A stretch of 64,000 nt of DNA, from positions 51,552-115,551 of the IMG/VR virus record IMGVR_UViG_3300032286_001377. One strand, given 5' to 3'. Made by a program: the position numbers and the translations under genes. Origin of the DNA: a virus. Shown here one piece after another: positions 60,412 through 64,000 of this stretch. Below the pieces are notes generated by a model. The model was given only the letters and a program-made list of their open reading frames with translations, did no database searches and was not told the DNA's origin. Position 1 is the first letter of the stretch, and every line of letters starts with the position of its first letter.

Positions 60412-62494
60412 AAATTCTATGACTAAGATCTCTAACAATTGCAACTAGTGGTGCAATAAGTTTATCGTAGTTGACCGTTTCAGGAATTAGAATTGACTTA
60501 TCATTCTCGTCTTCAATTAAGTAAACAAATCTTTCATCTACTTCTAAAGCTTGTTCTGCTATAAACCCAATATTAACTATATCTTTAATGTCATTTTTGT
60601 ATTTAAAAGTTACAGGTTCAAGTTCTAATACCTTATAACATTCCTCAAGCGGAAGAGGGTAAACGTCTTTTTTATAGCGAATAGATGAACTTACCTTAGT
60701 GAATAGTCCACTAGAGTCAACGTGCACTGCAGTTGCTGATGCTGGGTTATTCCACGCATAGACAGATCTAAGAGGAACAAGATTCCCAAATGTAGCCCCA
60801 GTTGTACTAAGTTCTATCTGAGGAGAACCAGTATTTATCCTCGCAACAAAACCATTTGCTGCGCTAAGTGTAAAGTTTATTCCCGCATCATATGAAGTTG
60901 TGCTAGTCGTAAAATACAGCGTAGAGGATCCTAGTCCTACTGAATCACTTATTCTGACAACATTACTAAGATTTCTATCTATACTGATACCGGAAATTGT
61001 TCCAGTAATTTCTACATCAGAAGCTCTAACTGTACCTGGAAGTGATGAATTTAATGAAACAGTATCTAAAGAAAACGGTGCTGCTCTTCTTGCTGTTAAA
61101 GTATTAACTGTATACGCTCCAGTTGCACTGCTTGCAATTGCAAATTGATTAGCTGCAGGAACATGAGTAATTGTAGCATTAATCTTCGCATATGTTACAC
61201 TTCGTGTTGGATCTATACCGTATATACTAACTATTTGACCTACCGACCATCCATGATTAGATGCCAAAGTGTATCTTACATAACCTGCTGAGGGTGTTGC
61301 GGAAGATATTGAGTTGACTATGATCGCAGTAGTTCTTGTATTTGAACTAGGTGCACCGGATATTATGTTTCCACTTGGATCAATGTGAAGAGATCCCGCA
61401 TCCTGCCCTCCAACGTGAATTGCTCCAGTATTGTTAAGAACAAATGGTGCTGTAGCTTTATTTGCTGCAGTCGCTCCGACCCATACTTCACCAGTATTAT
61501 CTACATGGAAAGAAGTAACATCATTTCCACCGATATCAACCTGTCCATTAGATTGAACAATAAACTCTCCAGCACCTAATGACGTTCCAATATTAATTGC
61601 ACCATTATTATTGATAAAAAGTCTTGTACCGGTTGTATCACCTATCTGAACAATTCCGGTATTGGATATCTTAAATAGATTTGGGGATGTACCAATTTGG
61701 ACTGCTCCGTCACTTGCAACTTGAAATGGTCCAGTACCTGGAGATGTTCCGATATTAATTGCACCTTGATTGCTGATGAATAATCTGGTAGATCCAGTGT
61801 CTCCAATTTCAACATTACCATCACTTAATACTTGAAATTTATTAGGTGCAGTCCCGATATCAATAGTTCCTCTAACAATTGCGTTTGAAAACTCGGCGTT
61901 ACCATTACCATCGATTTGCCATCCAGAGCTACCAGCAGAATAATTAGAAGATTTCAATATTGAATTAATACCATTTAAAGTAATTGTATGTGCACCAATC
62001 GTTCCAGCTGTAATTTTAGAAGCAGTTAAGCTGCTAATATACTGCTCTGTTATTAGAGGTGTATCTTGATCAGTCTGTTGAAGAACAGTCCAAGGACCAG
62101 CGTTTCCCGTCGTATCAATAGCTCTTACTCTACCCCAATACGCCCTAACTATTGAATCTGTAGAGTTAGCAACAGAGATCGTAAAAACATTAGCTGCGGA
62201 AAAACCAGAAGAAATAGGTGTACCAGTACCAGAACTATTGTCATATAATTCATACTGGTAACGATCTAGATCGGCGTCACTATTGTAATCAAAAACAAAC
62301 ATTACTTTTTCAAAGTTTGCTAAAAGATGAAAATTTGTAATCCCATTAGGGATAGTAGAATCCTGTGGAACAGTAAATCTTACAGAATCAGAATATTCAG
62401 ATACAACGTTAATATCGGCATTCTTTGCACGCACAGTAACAAGATACTCTTTGCCGGGTCTTAAATTGTCTAATTTTTTTTTAATAATTGCCAT
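60395..62494 (-). CDS. Tail fibre/spike with FN3-like N terminus and C-terminal intramolecular chaperone (peptidase S74)
   Basis: LRPGKEYLVTVRA and WGRVRAIDTTGNAGPW (FN3); ASKITAGTI; beta repeats; SSIRYKKDV..PVTFKY..GFIAEQ..VNYDKLIAPLV (S74). Confidence 0.85.
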   Translation of the reverse strand: MAIIKKKLDNLRPGKEYLVTVRAKNADINVVSEYSDSVRFTVPQDSTIPNGITNFHLLANFEKVMFVFDYNSDADLDRYQYELYDNSSGTGTPISSGFSAANVFTISVANSTDSIVRAYWGRVRAIDTTGNAGPWTVLQQTDQDTPLITEQYISSLTASKITAGTIGAHTITLNGINSILKSSNYSAGSSGWQIDGNGNAEFSNAIVRGTIDIGTAPNKFQVLSDGNVEIGDTGSTRLFISNQGAINIGTSPGTGPFQVASDGAVQIGTSPNLFKISNTGIVQIGDTTGTRLFINNNGAINIGTSLGAGEFIVQSNGQVDIGGNDVTSFHVDNTGEVWVGATAANKATAPFVLNNTGAIHVGGQDAGSLHIDPSGNIISGAPSSNTRTTAIIVNSISSATPSAGYVRYTLASNHGWSVGQIVSIYGIDPTRSVTYAKINATITHVPAANQFAIASSATGAYTVNTLTARRAAPFSLDTVSLNSSLPGTVRASDVEITGTISGISIDRNLSNVVRISDSVGLGSSTLYFTTSTTSYDAGINFTLSAANGFVARINTGSPQIELSTTGATFGNLVPLRSVYAWNNPASATAVHVDSSGLFTKVSSSIRYKKDVYPLPLEECYKVLELEPVTFKYKNDIKDIVNIGFIAEQALEVDERFVYLIEDENDKSILIPETVNYDKLIAPLVAIVRDLSHRISKLEN

Positions 62495-62562
62495 AATATT
62501 TCCAATACAATAATTTAAAAACCAAGCTAATAGTTATCTATATTTGTTTAAATTTTAATATA

Positions 62563-62568
62563 ATAGTA
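62563..62568 (-). promoter_or_regulatory. Candidate promoter TACTAT upstream of the tail fibre
   Basis: Same hexamer in the TACTATTATAT context, also seen at 59668. Confidence 0.4.
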
Positions 62569-62611
62569 TTCAACTATCAATTAGATTTATATAAAGATAT
62601 AACAAACATAA

Positions 62612-64000
62612 TTATACTAATTCTGCTTTAAAACCAAGATAAGCTCCAGCAGTGTTAGCATAAAAATTAGTAGCACTACCGACAGTTAACGTGGCGCCAG
62701 TGGTAATTCCGATGTAAGCACTATTCGTCCATGCAGTAACAATACTGGGAACACTAGTCGCCACAGTCCCACTACCGGCAGCATTTGTCACTGCATAATC
62801 TCCAGCTGTTCCGGTAGTCTCTAATGGGCTAACTGGAGTATCTCGCATAGTTACAGGAAAATGAACCGGTACACGAGCTGTAGTTGTTGTTGGAGTAGCT
62901 CCACTACCAAATACTCCAGAAGAAACACCTGGTGCCATACGATAATAATATCTTTGACACCGACCAAGCTGCACATCATAAGGAAGAATTTCAAATGGCG
63001 TGGCAACAGACCCTTGTTCAAGTTGAAATCCCCAAAAATCAAAAGTTCCAGATTGCTGCCCAAGAGAGGCCGTACGTGTAGCGTATGTAGATCCAGCGTC
63101 CATCCAGAATATGACGCCGAGATAATCATCACCATTAGTTCCGAGAGTTTTACCACTGATTGAAGGTATAGTTACTGTGATAGATTTACGAACCCACGAA
63201 GTTGTCAGGGCAACAAGTTGCGAACCTATTGAATCCACTGTGGTTGAAGGAGTGCCTCCGTTTCCGAATGACTGCCCAAACTCCACAGCGATATTCTTTG
63301 ACGCATCAGCTTTAGCCCAGAAGGACAGTGTCACTGTCTGATTAGCAAATGTTCTGACACTTTCGATAGGGAAGAGGAACGATCCACGATTGGAAGCTCC
63401 TGCCACCGACGTGACCACTGCACGTAAATAATACGTCGGTTCATAACCGGCAATAGCATTACCGAGGGCAAACGACTGCCGCGTAATGGAACTAGTCGTT
63501 CCAGCATTCGATGACCGTACCCGATCTGCGGAATAGTCACTACCTCCAGCAAAGGCGCCAGCGCCTCGCTGCCACACCCTCAAGTCACCATTGGGAATTA
63601 CATTTTTAAATGAATCTCCAGAAGTAAAAGTAACACTTTCGCTTACTGAACTTGTTGTTATAGTCATTCCACTACCGGCAACAAACGTAACAGTGTCATT
63701 AGCAGTATTAGATGCCACGTTACTTTGTCCAGAAACTGCAATAATTCCGTAAGCACTAGAGACTGGGCCTGTTGGACCAGTTGGGCCGGTCACAGTTGAG
63801 GGTGCACCGGTAGCACCGGTAGGACCAGTAGTACCGGTTGGGCCAGTAACTGTCGAAGGAGCGCCAGTAGCACCAGTGGGACCTGTTGGACCAGTGGCAA
63901 GTGGGCCTGTTGGACCAGTTGGGCCGGTCACAGTTGAGGGTGCACCGGTAGCACCGGTAGGACCAGTAGTACCGGTTGGGCCAGTAACTGTCGAAGGAGC
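62612..64000 (-). CDS. Collagen-like fibre protein with C-terminal carbohydrate-binding-like head; 5' end beyond the window
   Basis: GPT/GAT triplets stay in frame to the window edge. [39 protein letters not shown] is a common phage fibre domain. Confidence 0.82.
   Translation of the reverse strand, partial: APSTVTGPTGTTGPTGATGAPSTVTGPTGPTGPLATGPTGPTGATGAPSTVTGPTGTTGPTGATGAPSTVTGPTGPTGPVSSAYGIIAVSGQSNVASNTANDTVTFVAGSGMTITTSSVSESVTFTSGDSFKNVIPNGDLRVWQRGAGAFAGGSDYSADRVRSSNAGTTSSITRQSFALGNAIAGYEPTYYLRAVVTSVAGASNRGSFLFPIESVRTFANQTVTLSFWAKADASKNIAVEFGQSFGNGGTPSTTVDSIGSQLVALTTSWVRKSITVTIPSISGKTLGTNGDDYLGVIFWMDAGSTYATRTASLGQQSGTFDFWGFQLEQGSVATPFEILPYDVQLGRCQRYYYRMAPGVSSGVFGSGATPTTTTARVPVHFPVTMRDTPVSPLETTGTAGDYAVTNAAGSGTVATSVPSIVTAWTNSAYIGITTGATLTVGSATNFYANTAGAYLGFKAELV
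63764..64000. repeat. 138-bp-period direct repeat in the collagen coding region
   Basis: 63764-63862 is identical to 63902-64000 (99 bp, cut by the window edge). Confidence 0.92.

Noticed and set aside
62990-63010. VATPFE in the collagen fibre head as evidence for the ATP tag
   Set aside because: QLE.G.VATPFE is a generally conserved motif of this domain type, so this copy is not independent support.
4503-63552. Dozens of short ORFs (60-133 aa) on the plus strand or in alternative frames
   Set aside because: They lie within long, motif-bearing minus-strand genes and read as antisense or frame shadows with no recognisable motifs.
1-64000. Stop-codon reassignment, as in some large phages
   Set aside because: TAA, TAG (40687, 41319) and TGA all end genes at tight junctions, and coding density is already near complete in the standard code.
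1-64000. CRISPR array, tRNA/rRNA genes, integrase/transposase, intein, homing endonuclease or diversity-generating retroelement
   Set aside because: No spaced repeats; gaps are short, AT-rich and explained by terminators or promoters; no RT, LAGLIDADG, HNH or intein motifs noticed by eye. A covariance or HMM search was not possible.
1-64000. Naming a host or phage genus
   Set aside because: The wall hydrolases hint at a monoderm, perhaps actinobacterial, host, but nothing in the window is diagnostic without a database search.

Overview
This window is the virion morphogenesis region of a large, AT-rich tailed phage with a contractile (myovirus-type) tail, almost entirely on the minus strand. 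In transcription order (right to left): collagen-like fibre (cut by the window edge), tail fibre with a C-terminal S74 chaperone, one lone plus-strand Cys/His-rich gene, portal, a GT2 glycosyltransferase, prohead protease-scaffold, decoration protein, HK97-type major capsid protein, neck proteins, a second sheath paralogue fused to lectin-like domains, sheath, three tube paralogues, two chaperone paralogues, 2213-aa and 1661-aa tape-measure-region proteins, a 3674-aa hub, a dual peptidoglycan hydrolase, split spike, gp25, baseplate J, a metallophosphoesterase, a 2224-aa baseplate protein and a >1541-aa ORF missing from the ORF track (2..4624). Main observations: (1) the 1661-aa protein carries the motif series of single-chain two-barrel RNA polymerases, but its Asp loop (GGFDLDD) lies before the RxP motif, suggesting a permuted virion RNAP; (2) an Ala-Thr-Pro tripeptide is strongly enriched in predicted surface proteins and absent from predicted internal ones, a candidate modification signal for the co-encoded glycosyltransferase; (3) the hub carries a C-terminal thermonuclease-like domain and a membrane-like segment; (4) nested LamG-like cassettes are shared by two unrelated virion proteins; (5) a TACTAT motif recurs in most intergenic gaps. 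All family calls come from motif recognition by eye, not database searches. The host cannot be determined from this window.
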